Source: an uncultured Arcobacter sp. (GTDB lineage Bacteria; Acidobacteriota; Terriglobia; Bryobacterales; Bryobacteraceae). Taken from it: DNA of 64,000 bases. A program made the position numbers and the translations under genes. Positions 17,976 to 27,720 of this stretch are shown one piece after another (positions within the stretch are counted from its first letter, which is position 1; every line of letters starts with the position of its first letter). The notes below the pieces were generated by a model, which saw nothing but the letters and a program-made list of their open reading frames with translations, searched no databases and had not been told where the DNA came from. The stretch lies in NCBI GenBank assembly GCA_964458495.1, contig CAYWJB010000003.1:163195-227194 (forward strand), in the 5' to 3' direction.

Positions 17976-18870
17976 GCCCGCCCAGCCAGCGCCCGGTGAT
18001 CCCTCCATAGGAATCGATGCGGCGGTCGCGGAAGAACGGCCAGTTGCGCCGGACGTCCTCGATCCGCCGGCGGTCGCACTCCACCACGAGCACCTCTTCT
18101 TCGCCGCGCGACGCTTCGGCCACCACCACGCCGAACGGATCGGCGACAAAACTTCCGCCCCAAAACTCGAGTCCGCTCTCGGGAGCGCCTTCGGAGCCGG
18201 TACGGTTCACCGCCGCCACATAGACACCGTTGGCGATGGCGTGGCCGCGCTGGATGGTGCGCCAGGCGTCCGCCTGCGCGGCGCCGTGCTGCTCCTTCTC
18301 GCGCGGGTGCCATCCGATGGCGGTCGGGTAGAAGAGAATTTCGGCCCCCTGCATCGCCGTCAGGCGGGCCGCCTCCGGATACCACTGGTCCCAGCACACC
18401 AGCACGCCGATGCGCGCGAACGGCGTGTCGAAGGCGCGGTAGCCGAGGTCGCCCGGCGTGAAGTAGAACTTCTCGAAGTAGAGCGGGTCCTCGGGGATGT
18501 GCATCTTGCGGTAGGTCCCCGCCACGGCGCCGTCAGGGTTCAGCACCGCCGCGGTGTTGTGGTAAAGCCCGGCGGCGCGGCGTTCGAACAGGCTGGCCAC
18601 AATCGACACCTTCAGCTCGCGCGCCAGCCGGCCCAGCCGGTCCGTTGACGGCCCCGGCACGGGTTCGGCCAGATCGAACAGATCCGCACGCTCCTCGCGG
18701 CAGAAGTATTCGCTGCGGAACAGCTCCTGGAGGCAGACGATCTGCGCGCCGCCCAGAGCCGCCTCGGCGATGCGCTCTTCGGCGCGCTGCATGTTCTCTT
18801 CCGGATCGGCCGAAGCGCGCATCTGCACCAGTCCCACGCGGAAGGTCGAGGATCCCTGCGTCGCAGCCAT
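17971..18870 (-). CDS. aguB: Carbon-nitrogen hydrolase, N-carbamoylputrescine amidase-like
   Basis: 299 aa from the internal ATG. Nitrilase-superfamily blocks: FRVGLVQM, CLQELF, YRKMHIPEDPLYFEKFYFTPGD, VLVCWDQWYPE (catalytic Cys). Confidence 0.8.
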   Translation of the reverse strand: MAATQGSSTFRVGLVQMRASADPEENMQRAEERIAEAALGGAQIVCLQELFRSEYFCREERADLFDLAEPVPGPSTDRLGRLARELKVSIVASLFERRAAGLYHNTAAVLNPDGAVAGTYRKMHIPEDPLYFEKFYFTPGDLGYRAFDTPFARIGVLVCWDQWYPEAARLTAMQGAEILFYPTAIGWHPREKEQHGAAQADAWRTIQRGHAIANGVYVAAVNRTGSEGAPESGLEFWGGSFVADPFGVVVAEASRGEEEVLVVECDRRRIEDVRRNWPFFRDRRIDSYGGITGRWLGGQ

Positions 18871-18886
18871 ACTACGATTGTTCCAT

Positions 18887-21373
18887 ATGGTGTCTGGATT
18901 CGCCCTCTCCCGCCGCTCGCTGGTTGCCTTCCTCACCCTGCCCCTGCTGGCTGCGCCGCCCTCGCCAAAGGAGCACTTCGGCTTCGACCCCGGCGACGAC
19001 TACAAGCTGGCCGGCTACGGGCAGATCGTCTCCTACTTCCGCAAGCTCGCCGCCTCGAGCGACCGCATCCGCCTGGTCCAGTTCGGCACGAGCAGCGAAG
19101 GCCGCCCGATGTACGCCGCATTCCTCAGCGACGCCGCCAACCTGCGGCAGCTGGACCGCTGGCGCGACATCAACCGCCGCCTCGCGCTGGGGCTGGCGGC
19201 GCCGGACGAGGCGCGCCGCCTCGCCGCCGAAGGCAAGGCCATCGTGTGGATCGACTCCGGGCTCCACGCCACCGAGGTCGCGCCCGTGCAGCACGCCCCG
19301 CACCTGGCCTGGCGCATGGTGGCGGGCGAGGACGAGGAGACGCGCCGCATCCGCGCGAACGTCGTCCTGATCCAGATTCCGGTCATCAATCCGGACGGGC
19401 TGGAAATGACAGCCTCCTGGTACGCGAAGAACGCGGGAACCCCCTATGAGATTGCGCCGCTGCCGGGACTTTACCAGAAATACGCCGGCCACGATAATAA
19501 TCGCGACTATTTCATGTACAATCTGGCAGAAACGCGCCACGTCGGGAAGATGCTTTTCCAGGAATGGTTCCCGCACATTGTCTACAACCAGCACCAGGTG
19601 GCGCCTTTTCCGGCCCGCATTTTCATCCCCCCCTACGCGGAGCCCCTGAATCCCAACATCCCCGCGGCCGTCATGGAGGGCATAAACCGCATCGGCAGCG
19701 TCATGAAGGAGCGCTTTCTCCGCGAAGACAAGCCGGGAGTGGTTTCCTACCTGAGTTTCGACGCCTGGTGGAACGGCGGCCTGCGCTCGGCCCCGGCGTT
19801 CCACAATATGCACGGGATTTTGACCGAAACAGCCCTGTATTATTACGCAACACCAAAAGAATACAAGCTGTCGGAACTGCCGGAGCGCTTCCAGAGCGGC
19901 ATCCCGGCTCGCGAGCCGACGGTCTTTTATCCGAAGCCCTGGACGGGCGGGCGGTGGGCGCTGCGGGACGCGGTGGATTACATGCTCACGGCAGATTTCG
20001 CCATCCTGTCGGAAGCGGCGGCGAACAGCCCGCACTACCTGCTGAAAGCGTGGGAGATGGCGCGGGCCAACATCGAGCTTGGCCGCAAGGGCAGCCCGTT
20101 CGCCTGGATCATCCCTGCGGCCCAGCAGGATCCCTGGAGCGCTGCGCAGATGCTGGAGCGCCTGCAATTGGCGGGAGTGCAGATCCATCGCGCGACGGCG
20201 GGCTTCGAAGCCGGCGGCAAGACCTACCCTGCGGGAACGTGGATCCTTTACGCAGGACAGCCTTTCCGCGGCTATCTGGCGGACCTGATGGAGCCGCAGA
20301 AATTCCCCGAAATGCGCACGTCACCGGGCGGACCGGTGCGCCGTCCCTACGATCTCGCCGGCTGGACGCTGCCTTTCCAGATGGGAGTCGAAACCATCCG
20401 CGTCGACACACCCTTCCAGGCGCAAGCCGGGCCGGTCGACAAGATCGAGATTCCCTCCCCTGCCCTGGATTTGCGCCAAAACTCCGCGTTCCTGGCCATC
20501 GCCGCGGAGTTGCGCGAAGGGCGCAGCGTGTTCGTCACCGGGGACGGCGCGCTGACGACGGAGCGGCCCGCCTCCGGCTGGCGTCTCAAGGCGCCGCGCA
20601 CCGGGCTCTACCAGCCGTGGACAGCGAACATGGACGCCGGCTGGACGCAGTGGCTGCTGGATCAGTTCCAGGTTCCTTACGAGGTGCTGCGCAACGCCGA
20701 CATCCGGGCCGGCGGCTTGCGCGAGCGTTTCGACGCCATCCTGCTGGCGCAGCAGTCCATGCAGTCGATCCTGCACGGCTCGCCTGAAATTACGACGCTT
20801 CGCGCGGGAGAAACGGCGCGCCAGCGCCCGGAGTTCACCGGCGGCATCGGGGTGGAAGGGGCGCGGCAACTGGAGGAGTTCGTCCGAAGGGGCGGCACTC
20901 TGATCGCGTTCGATTCGGCGACAGAGCTGCCTCTGGCGCTCTTTCCGCTGGACGTGCGCCCCGGCCTGCGTCCCGGCGCGCAGCAGGAGGCAGGCGGGTG
21001 GTCGTGCCCCGGCTCGATCCTCCGGATGACGGCGGACAAAAGCCACCCCTTGGCGTTTGGTATGCCCGCCGAGCACTATGCAACGTCGACGGGCGGGCAG
21101 TATTTCGAGATCAGTCCGTCCGCCGCAGACCGAAAGCCGAGAGTGTTCGTGCGCTACGCGGCAAAGAACCTTCTCGCGAGCGGATGGATCTCCGGCGAGC
21201 GCGTGATGGCGGGAAAGCCGGCGGCCGTCGAGGCGCCGCTAGGCGAGGGACAAGTGGTGCTGTTCGGCTTCCGCCCGCAGTTCCGCGGACAGACGTTCGG
21301 CACGTTCCGCCTGGTGCTAAATGCGATCTACTTCGGCGCCGCTGAGCCGCTTCCGCCAGCCAGCGGCCAGTGA
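18887..21373 (+). CDS. M14 family zinc carboxypeptidase-like protein, exported
   Basis: 828 aa from internal ATG 18887 with a signal peptide. Contains the HATE (HxxE) zinc motif, GHDNNRDY, and a long C-terminal extension. Confidence 0.85.
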   Translation: MVSGFALSRRSLVAFLTLPLLAAPPSPKEHFGFDPGDDYKLAGYGQIVSYFRKLAASSDRIRLVQFGTSSEGRPMYAAFLSDAANLRQLDRWRDINRRLALGLAAPDEARRLAAEGKAIVWIDSGLHATEVAPVQHAPHLAWRMVAGEDEETRRIRANVVLIQIPVINPDGLEMTASWYAKNAGTPYEIAPLPGLYQKYAGHDNNRDYFMYNLAETRHVGKMLFQEWFPHIVYNQHQVAPFPARIFIPPYAEPLNPNIPAAVMEGINRIGSVMKERFLREDKPGVVSYLSFDAWWNGGLRSAPAFHNMHGILTETALYYYATPKEYKLSELPERFQSGIPAREPTVFYPKPWTGGRWALRDAVDYMLTADFAILSEAAANSPHYLLKAWEMARANIELGRKGSPFAWIIPAAQQDPWSAAQMLERLQLAGVQIHRATAGFEAGGKTYPAGTWILYAGQPFRGYLADLMEPQKFPEMRTSPGGPVRRPYDLAGWTLPFQMGVETIRVDTPFQAQAGPVDKIEIPSPALDLRQNSAFLAIAAELREGRSVFVTGDGALTTERPASGWRLKAPRTGLYQPWTANMDAGWTQWLLDQFQVPYEVLRNADIRAGGLRERFDAILLAQQSMQSILHGSPEITTLRAGETARQRPEFTGGIGVEGARQLEEFVRRGGTLIAFDSATELPLALFPLDVRPGLRPGAQQEAGGWSCPGSILRMTADKSHPLAFGMPAEHYATSTGGQYFEISPSAADRKPRVFVRYAAKNLLASGWISGERVMAGKPAAVEAPLGEGQVVLFGFRPQFRGQTFGTFRLVLNAIYFGAAEPLPPASGQ

Positions 21374-21385
21374 TGCGCCTCCGGC

Positions 21386-21406
21386 GGGGCTGCCGGCGGC
21401 AGCCCC
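21386..21406. terminator. GC hairpin at convergent gene junction (possible bidirectional terminator)
   Basis: GGGGCTGCC-ggc-GGCAGCCCC lies in the 48-bp gap between convergent genes. There is no U-tract. Confidence 0.25.
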
Positions 21407-21421
21407 GTCCGGGCGCTACGG

Positions 21422-21724
21422 TCAATCCGCCTTGCTGATGGAGGCGATCACCAGCGAGCCCTCTTTCAGCTCGCCGCTGACCTTCGCCTTCAGCCCATAC
21501 AGATCGGCCGGCACTTTCTCCGGGTTGGCGATCTTCACCACCTTCCCGTCCACCACCAGGACAGGCTTGGCGCCTCCCTTGATGCAGGCTCTCACACAAT
21601 TCACATCGGCGTCGGAGCCGGACTGATGCTTCGCGCCGCACTTGTCTTCGCTGACATAGCCCGTCCAGTCGCCTGCCAAGGCCGGCAGCGACAGCACAGC
21701 GGCCAGGATTCCCAGTCGGAACAT
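21422..21724 (-). CDS. Small secreted hypothetical protein
   Basis: 100 aa. ATG is preceded by GAGGAGG. Signal peptide MFRLGILAAVLSLPALA. Three Cys residues and high GC3. Confidence 0.65.
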   Translation of the reverse strand: MFRLGILAAVLSLPALAGDWTGYVSEDKCGAKHQSGSDADVNCVRACIKGGAKPVLVVDGKVVKIANPEKVPADLYGLKAKVSGELKEGSLVIASISKAD

Positions 21725-21815
21725 GCAAGCCTCCTCGGATTCCCGGTTGGAATCTGGCCTTCAGTGTACTGAATCAGTGTGCCCGGGCGGAAGCCCCGTC
21801 TCCCGCTGCGACAGG

Positions 21816-21852
21816 AAAGGCGGCGACCGGCTGATGCCGGCACGCCGCCTTT
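21816..21852 (-). terminator. Possible terminator downstream of gltA
   Basis: AAAGGCGGCG...CGCCGCCTTT is a 10-bp stem with an internally paired 17-nt loop, 26 nt after the gltA stop. Only a short TTT tract follows. Confidence 0.3.
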
Positions 21853-21877
21853 GGGGAATGCGCTGTGCGATTCCGGC

Positions 21878-23185
21878 TCAGGCTTTGGCTGCTGCGGGCT
21901 TGCGCTGACCGATGGGCACGAACTGCCGCTCGCCGTGCCCGGTGTAGATCTGCCGCGGGCGGGTGATCTTCTGCTCGGGATCGCGCATCAGCTCGTCCCA
22001 CTGCGCCAGCCAGCCCACCACGCGCGGAATGGCGAACAGCACCGTGAACAGGCTCGGCTTGAAGCCCATCGCCTCGTAGATGATGCCCGAGTAGAAATCC
22101 ACGTTCGGGTAGAGCTTGCGCTTGACGAAGTAGTCGTCCTCGAGGGCGATGCGCTCCAGCTCGCGGGCGATCGCGATCTTCGGGTTGTAGCCGGTGACGG
22201 CGAACACCTCGTCGGCGGTGCGCTTGATGATCTTGGCGCGCGGGTCGTAATTTTTGTAGACGCGGTGTCCGAAGCCCATCAGCCGCACCTCGCCCTTCTT
22301 CACGCGCTCGATGTAGGCGGGCACATTTTCCTTCGAGCCGATCACGTCGAGCATGTGCAGCACTTCCTCGTTGGCGCCGCCATGCAGGGGCCCGCTCAGC
22401 GCGGCAGCCGCGGCGGCGACGGAAACGTAGGGATCGGCCAGCGACGAGCCCACCGTGCGCATCGTGCTGGTGGAGCAGTTCTGCTCGTGGTCGGCATGGA
22501 GGATGAACAGGACGTCCAGCGCGCGGGCCAGCACCGGGTTGGCGATGTACTTCGGCTCCATCAGCCGCCACAACATGTTCATGAAGTTCTCGGTGTAGCC
22601 GAGTTCCGGGTCCGGGTACACGTAGGGCAGCCCGAAGCTGTGCCGGTAGCAGTAGGCCGTGATGGTCGGCATCTTGGCGATCAGCCGGACGATGTGCCTG
22701 CGGCGGGTGGCCTCGTCGCGCACGTTCTTCGCGTCCGGATACACGGTCGACAGCGCCGCCACGGTCGAGATCAGCATTCCCATGGGGTGCGCGTCGTAGC
22801 GGAAGCCCTCCAGAAACTTCTTGGTCGTCTCGTGGATGAGCATGTGCTTGCGCACCTGCGCCACCCAGCCCTCCAGCTCCTGCGCGGTGGGCAACTCGCC
22901 ATTCAACAGCAGCCAGGCGACCTCAAGGAACGAGCAGTTCTCGGCCAGCACCTCGATCGGGTAGCCCCGGTAGCGCAGGATGCCTTTGTCGCCATCGATG
23001 AAGGTGATCGAACTGCGGCAGGACGCTGTATTCAGATAGGCGGGATCATAGCTCATCAGTCCGAAATCGTCGTCGGAAGCCTTGATCTGCCGCAGATCGG
23101 TCGCGTGAACCGTCCCGTCCGTGATGGGCAGCTCGTACTGCCGTCCGGTACGGGAATCAGTAACAAGAAGACGGTCTTGTGCCAT
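21878..23185 (-). CDS. gltA: Citrate synthase
   Basis: ATG at 23185; the track's GTG at 23191 is 2 codons upstream. Blocks GYPIE, LFILHADHEQNCSTST, GPLHGGANE and GFGHRVYK are present. Confidence 0.95.
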   Translation of the reverse strand: MAQDRLLVTDSRTGRQYELPITDGTVHATDLRQIKASDDDFGLMSYDPAYLNTASCRSSITFIDGDKGILRYRGYPIEVLAENCSFLEVAWLLLNGELPTAQELEGWVAQVRKHMLIHETTKKFLEGFRYDAHPMGMLISTVAALSTVYPDAKNVRDEATRRRHIVRLIAKMPTITAYCYRHSFGLPYVYPDPELGYTENFMNMLWRLMEPKYIANPVLARALDVLFILHADHEQNCSTSTMRTVGSSLADPYVSVAAAAAALSGPLHGGANEEVLHMLDVIGSKENVPAYIERVKKGEVRLMGFGHRVYKNYDPRAKIIKRTADEVFAVTGYNPKIAIARELERIALEDDYFVKRKLYPNVDFYSGIIYEAMGFKPSLFTVLFAIPRVVGWLAQWDELMRDPEQKITRPRQIYTGHGERQFVPIGQRKPAAAKA

Positions 23186-23258
23186 TCGCACCCCCGAAGA
23201 GAATTCGTGGCGGGAGAAAACGCCGACACTCCATGCCTATCAAATGATGCGGCCCCGG

Positions 23259-24626
23259 TCAAATGGTGACATTCGGGTCTGGAAATAGCGTCCCGGGGCT
23301 GAGGCGCCATTGCGGATCCAGCCGCGTCTTCACGGCCCGCATGCGGGCGATCTCCGCCGGGCTGTACATCAGCTCCAGCAAGGCTCGCTTGCGCTTGCCG
23401 AGGCCGTGCTCCGCGCTCACCGTGCCGCCCAGCCGCACAGCCTCGCGCGCCGCCTCCAGCATCCAGGCGCGCCCGCGCGCGGCATCGTCGCCGCTTTCGG
23501 GAAGGATGTTGACATGCACGTGCGCATCGCCGATGTGCCCGTAAACCGTATAGCGCCCGGCGAAGCTCCGCTCCAGCTCCCGCCGGTAGAACGCCATCAT
23601 CTCCGCATTGTGTTCTGCGGGCACGGCGAAGTCCGAACTCATCTTCTGAAACCCGCGGCTGCGCACACGCGCATTCACCGCCTCCGGCAGTGCGTGGCGG
23701 AACTGCCGGAACCGCTCCCGGTCCGCGGCGCTCTCGCCGAACCACGAATCCTCCATCGCGCCTGCGTTGCCGATCCGCTCCAGCCATGCATCCACGGCAT
23801 CTCCCGCGAGCCCGTCCAGCTGCTGCTCCACCATCAGGCACGCCCTCGCCCCGCCGGGAACGGGCGCCGCCGCATCTTCGCGCAGCACATCCAGCGACGC
23901 CGCGTCCATGAACTCCAGCATCCGCAACTGCGCGATGCCGCGCCAGCAATCCACCGCTTCCAGGGCCGCCTCTTCCGCCGGGAAGAACACGACTCCCGCC
24001 AGCAGCGACTCCGGCTGCGGCAGAAGCCCCACCTCCGCCTCCGCCACCACCGCCAGCGTGCCCTCGCTGCCACACAGAAGATCCACCCACGTCGCCCCTT
24101 CCGGCAGGAAGTAGCCCGCCGTGTTCTTGGCCGTCGCCGGCTGCCGCACCGGCTCGTACGGGAAATCCAGCGGATCCCCCCGCCGGAACGTGCGTACCGA
24201 CCCGTCCACGAACACCGCCGTCAGCGACAACAGGTGCCTCCGCGTCGACCCGTAGCGGAAGCTGCGCGCCCCGCTGGCATTGGTGGCGATGGTGCCTCCA
24301 AGCGACGCCGTCCATTCGGTGGGATCGGGCGCGTAGAACTGCCCGGTACGCGCCGCCTCCGCCTGCAGGTCCTTCAACAGCACGCCCGCCCCCACGATCG
24401 CGCGTCCCCGCGCCACTTCAAGCCGCCGCAGCCGCTCGGCCGAAACCAGCCAGCCGCCCTCGGGACAGCGTCCCCCGGTGATCCCCGTCCCCGCTCCGGA
24501 GGGCGTCACCGCTACACCCAGTTCCGCCGCGCGCCGCAGCGCCGCCGCCAGCTCGTCGACGCCCGAAGGCGCAATGACGCAATCCGCCCAGCCCTGGTAG
24601 CCCGAGGCGTCCTCGACCCCAACCAC
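23259..24626 (-). CDS. FAD-binding oxidoreductase (GlcD / D-lactate dehydrogenase-like)
   Basis: 455 aa with GTG start. It has an FAD_binding_4-type N-terminal domain (PSGAGTGITGG) and a C-terminal GTVSAEHGLGKRK block. Confidence 0.9.
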   Translation of the reverse strand: MVGVEDASGYQGWADCVIAPSGVDELAAALRRAAELGVAVTPSGAGTGITGGRCPEGGWLVSAERLRRLEVARGRAIVGAGVLLKDLQAEAARTGQFYAPDPTEWTASLGGTIATNASGARSFRYGSTRRHLLSLTAVFVDGSVRTFRRGDPLDFPYEPVRQPATAKNTAGYFLPEGATWVDLLCGSEGTLAVVAEAEVGLLPQPESLLAGVVFFPAEEAALEAVDCWRGIAQLRMLEFMDAASLDVLREDAAAPVPGGARACLMVEQQLDGLAGDAVDAWLERIGNAGAMEDSWFGESAADRERFRQFRHALPEAVNARVRSRGFQKMSSDFAVPAEHNAEMMAFYRRELERSFAGRYTVYGHIGDAHVHVNILPESGDDAARGRAWMLEAAREAVRLGGTVSAEHGLGKRKRALLELMYSPAEIARMRAVKTRLDPQWRLSPGTLFPDPNVTI

Positions 24627-24630
24627 CGGC

Positions 24631-26301
24631 TCAGACCTCCAGGATCACCGGCAGAACCAGCGGGCGCCGCTGCGTCTGCTTGTTCAGGAACCGTTTCAGA
24701 TCCGCGCGGATCTTCTCCTGGATCACGCCCCAGTCGGAGCGCTCCTCGCTCGTGGAGCCCTCAATGGTCCGCACCACCACTTCGCGCGCTGCCGACAAAA
24801 GGTCGGCCCGGTCCTCGGGCGACACGAAGCCGCGCGTGACGATCTCCGGCAACCCTTCCACGCGCCCGGTGTGCTTGTCGATGGCGATGATCGGGATCAG
24901 GAACCCGTCCTCGCTCAGATGGCGGCGGTCGCGGATCACCATGTCCTCCACGACTTCGTCGATCGAGCCGGAGTCGATGCAGACGCGCCCCACCGGGACG
25001 CTCTCGCCGCGCCGCGCGCCGTCTTCGTCGATCACCAGCGTCTGGCCCGTTTCCAGAACGTAGGTGTCCTCCAGCCCGTAATCGGCCAGATGCGACGCCA
25101 GCGCCGCATGCTTCGACATCTGCCAGTACTCTCCGTGCAGAGGGACGAAGTAGCGCGGGCGCACCAGGTTCAACAGCAGCTTCAGCTCTTCCTGCGAGGC
25201 ATGGCCGGAGACATGCACGGGCGGGTTCATCTGGCCGGCGACCACCTCTGCGCCGCGCCGCGCCACATGGTTCATCATGCGGCCGATGGCTTTCTCGTTG
25301 CCCGGGATGATGCGCGCGCTGTGCACGAACATGTCGCCGCGTTCGAGCCGCAGGTGCTTGTGATTGTCCACCGCCACGCGGCTCATCGCCGACATCGGTT
25401 CGCCTTGCGTGCCGCTGACGACGGCGACCACGCGGTGCGGCGGCGCGCTCATGACGTCCTGCGGCCGCAGCAGCAGGTTGTCGGGGATCCGCAGGAGCCC
25501 CAGGCTGTGCGCGATCTCCGTGTAGGAGAGCATGCTGCGCCCGATGAAGGCCACCTTGCGCCCGCTCTGCTGCGCAATGTCGAGGATCTGCTGGATGCGG
25601 TGGACCGAACTGGCGAAGCAGGCCACCACCACGCGCCTCTGCGCGCGGTTGAAGATCTCCTCAAACCGCGGCAGCACGGCGCGCTCCGACGGCGTGTAGC
25701 CGGGGCGGTCCACGTTGGTCGAATCCGACAGCAACAGCAGCACGCCGCGCTTGCCGTATTCGGCCAGCGTGTGCAGGTCGAACAGCTCGTTGTCGGTGGG
25801 CGTGGGGTCGATCTTGAAATCCCCCGTGTGGATCACCACGCCCAGCGGGGTGCGGATTGCCAGCGCCAGGGACTGGACGATGGAATGCGTGACGTGAATG
25901 AATTCGACCTCGAACGGTCCCAGCGTCACCCGATCCCCCGGCTTCACCCGGTTCAGCCGCGCCTGGTCCGCCATCTCGTGCTCTTCCAGGCGGCGCTCCA
26001 CCAGCGCGAGGGTGAACTCGGTGCCGTACACCGGCACGTTGATCTCGGACAACAGGAACGGCACCGCGCCGATATGGTCCTCGTGCCCGTGTGTCAGAAG
26101 GAGCCCGCGCACCATCTCGCGGTGCTGTTCGAGGTAGGTGAAGTCCGGGGTGACGATGTCGACTCCCAGCAGCTCCGCATCGGGGAACATCATGCCTGCG
26201 TCGATGACGACGATGTCGTCTCCGTAGCGCAGCGCCAGACAGTTCATGCCGAACTCGCCCAGCCCGCCCAGCGGGATCACTTGCAGCAGCTTTTCAGCCA
26301 T
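24631..26301 (-). CDS. rnj: Ribonuclease J
   Basis: 556 aa. Beta-CASP MBL nuclease: IPLGGLGEFGMNC, LLTHGHEDHIGAVPFL, HVSGHASQEEL. Confidence 0.95.
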   Translation of the reverse strand: MAEKLLQVIPLGGLGEFGMNCLALRYGDDIVVIDAGMMFPDAELLGVDIVTPDFTYLEQHREMVRGLLLTHGHEDHIGAVPFLLSEINVPVYGTEFTLALVERRLEEHEMADQARLNRVKPGDRVTLGPFEVEFIHVTHSIVQSLALAIRTPLGVVIHTGDFKIDPTPTDNELFDLHTLAEYGKRGVLLLLSDSTNVDRPGYTPSERAVLPRFEEIFNRAQRRVVVACFASSVHRIQQILDIAQQSGRKVAFIGRSMLSYTEIAHSLGLLRIPDNLLLRPQDVMSAPPHRVVAVVSGTQGEPMSAMSRVAVDNHKHLRLERGDMFVHSARIIPGNEKAIGRMMNHVARRGAEVVAGQMNPPVHVSGHASQEELKLLLNLVRPRYFVPLHGEYWQMSKHAALASHLADYGLEDTYVLETGQTLVIDEDGARRGESVPVGRVCIDSGSIDEVVEDMVIRDRRHLSEDGFLIPIIAIDKHTGRVEGLPEIVTRGFVSPEDRADLLSAAREVVVRTIEGSTSEERSDWGVIQEKIRADLKRFLNKQTQRRPLVLPVILEV

Positions 26302-26343
26302 CGGTGGGGGGATTCTCCTGAAGATACAAGGCTAACATGCGAA

Positions 26344-26367
26344 GGGCCCGTCCGAAGGGACGGGCCC
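26344..26367 (-). promoter_or_regulatory. Strong stem-loop in the rnj 5' leader
   Basis: GGGCCCGTCC-(4 nt)-GGACGGGCCC is a perfect 10-bp stem, 43 nt upstream of the rnj ATG and downstream of the predicted promoter. Confidence 0.5.
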
Positions 26368-26434
26368 GTTTCTGATGTTCAATGGGAGAAACAGATTCGA
26401 CGGCCTCGCGACCGAAAAACCTGTATGTGATTTG

Positions 26435-26463
26435 AGAGTAGACGCTCGAAAACGGCTTGTCAA
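26435..26463 (-). promoter_or_regulatory. Sigma-70-like promoter for rnj
   Basis: The minus strand reads TTGACA, a 17-nt spacer, then TACTCT. This implies a leader of roughly 125-130 nt. Confidence 0.4.
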
Positions 26464-26742
26464 GGAAAAATGCCCGCACCCTGCAAGTGCCTGTATTGCA
26501 TTGATAAATAATATACTTGTTCGACTTGACAATTGCGTTTCCAGCTGCTGTTCACAACCGCCGCGACCACCCCGGAAGGCGCGGTTTCCGCTCTAACTAA
26601 GAGAAATCGGTAGGCTTATGCGCCCCGGTAGGGCCTTTTGCGAAGGAAGGACCGTTCTTTTCGCATTTTATTCGCCATATCATTCGAACTGGCCAATCCC
26701 TATAGGACTTGTGGGATCGTGGAATCTGCCACCTGCGACGCC

Positions 26743-27720
26743 TCAATCCAGCCGGATCACCGTGTACGGGTCGTCGTTGCCGTAGAGCCGGATCCGCCGC
26801 CTTCGCGCGAGGGCGGCGAAGAACGCAAACACGCTGCCCCCGCCGATACAGATCAGCAGCAGCACGCCGGTCAGCTTGAAGATTCCGATCAGCAAGCCGA
26901 ACACGTCGGGCATGGGGGGCGGCGCGGTGGCCTCGTTGCGGATCACCTCCGCCTTCCACTCCAGCGCGTCCAGCAAGGCCTTGGCCTGCGCCTCCGGGAC
27001 GCCCGGCGGCAGGACGGCCAGCAGCACGTAGGAACGCTTGACCAGCCAGCCGGGCTGGCGGCGGAACTCCCGCTCCTTGATTCTGGCCAGCTGCGGGGTG
27101 TGGTAGTAGAAGATTGCATAGTCGGCCACTGTGGAGCCGAAGTCCAGCTTTCCCGCCTGCGCCTCCGCGCCGTCTTCGAATCCCGCAACCGCCGCCGGAA
27201 CCCACGGCAGGAACTTCGCCAGCGAATGCACACCCAGCAAGTAGCGCTCGCTGTTGCGGACCAGCCCTTTCTCTGGCAGGTAGCCCGGCAAGTGGGGCAG
27301 CCCGCCGCCGGAGCGCATCGCCGGCGCCTTTGCGAAGAGCTCCTCCAGTTCTTTCGGCAGCGGACGCCAGCCTTCGAACAGGAACACGTAGTTAAGCCTG
27401 GCGAGCATCAGCCCGCCGGGAGTGACGCAACTGGTGAGCGAGCCGCGCACCGGCGTGCACTTGTCCGGGCGGTTGGCCTGATACCAGGCCAGCGCGCCGG
27501 TGGCATCCCGGAGCCGCCAGGCAGTGGCGGCAAACCGCCCTACCGGCCCGTCATACAGCGCCCGTTCTGCTTCCTCGCCGCCATACTCGGCCCACAGGGC
27601 CGGGTCGGAGACCGGCGCCGCGGCGGATTTCACGCGCCGGGAGCCATGCCACGTCTCGGGCCAGATGCCGGCCTGCGCCAGGGCTGCGGCCGCTGCGAGA
27701 AGGATCAGGCGCCGCAGCAT
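26743..27720 (-). CDS. Hypothetical exported protein with C-terminal membrane anchor
   Basis: 325 aa with a signal peptide. C-terminal [33 protein letters not shown] is followed by RRRR. The start overlaps the secA 3' end by 16 nt. Confidence 0.7.
   Translation of the reverse strand: MLRRLILLAAAAALAQAGIWPETWHGSRRVKSAAAPVSDPALWAEYGGEEAERALYDGPVGRFAATAWRLRDATGALAWYQANRPDKCTPVRGSLTSCVTPGGLMLARLNYVFLFEGWRPLPKELEELFAKAPAMRSGGGLPHLPGYLPEKGLVRNSERYLLGVHSLAKFLPWVPAAVAGFEDGAEAQAGKLDFGSTVADYAIFYYHTPQLARIKEREFRRQPGWLVKRSYVLLAVLPPGVPEAQAKALLDALEWKAEVIRNEATAPPPMPDVFGLLIGIFKLTGVLLLICIGGGSVFAFFAALARRRRIRLYGNDDPYTVIRLD

Noticed and set aside
26526-26554. + strand TTGACA followed 17 nt later by TGTTCA in the rnj upstream region, as a possible promoter.
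   Set aside because: The -10 hexamer matches the consensus at only 2 of 6 positions, and no + strand gene follows. I kept it only as a weak element in the finding on this region.
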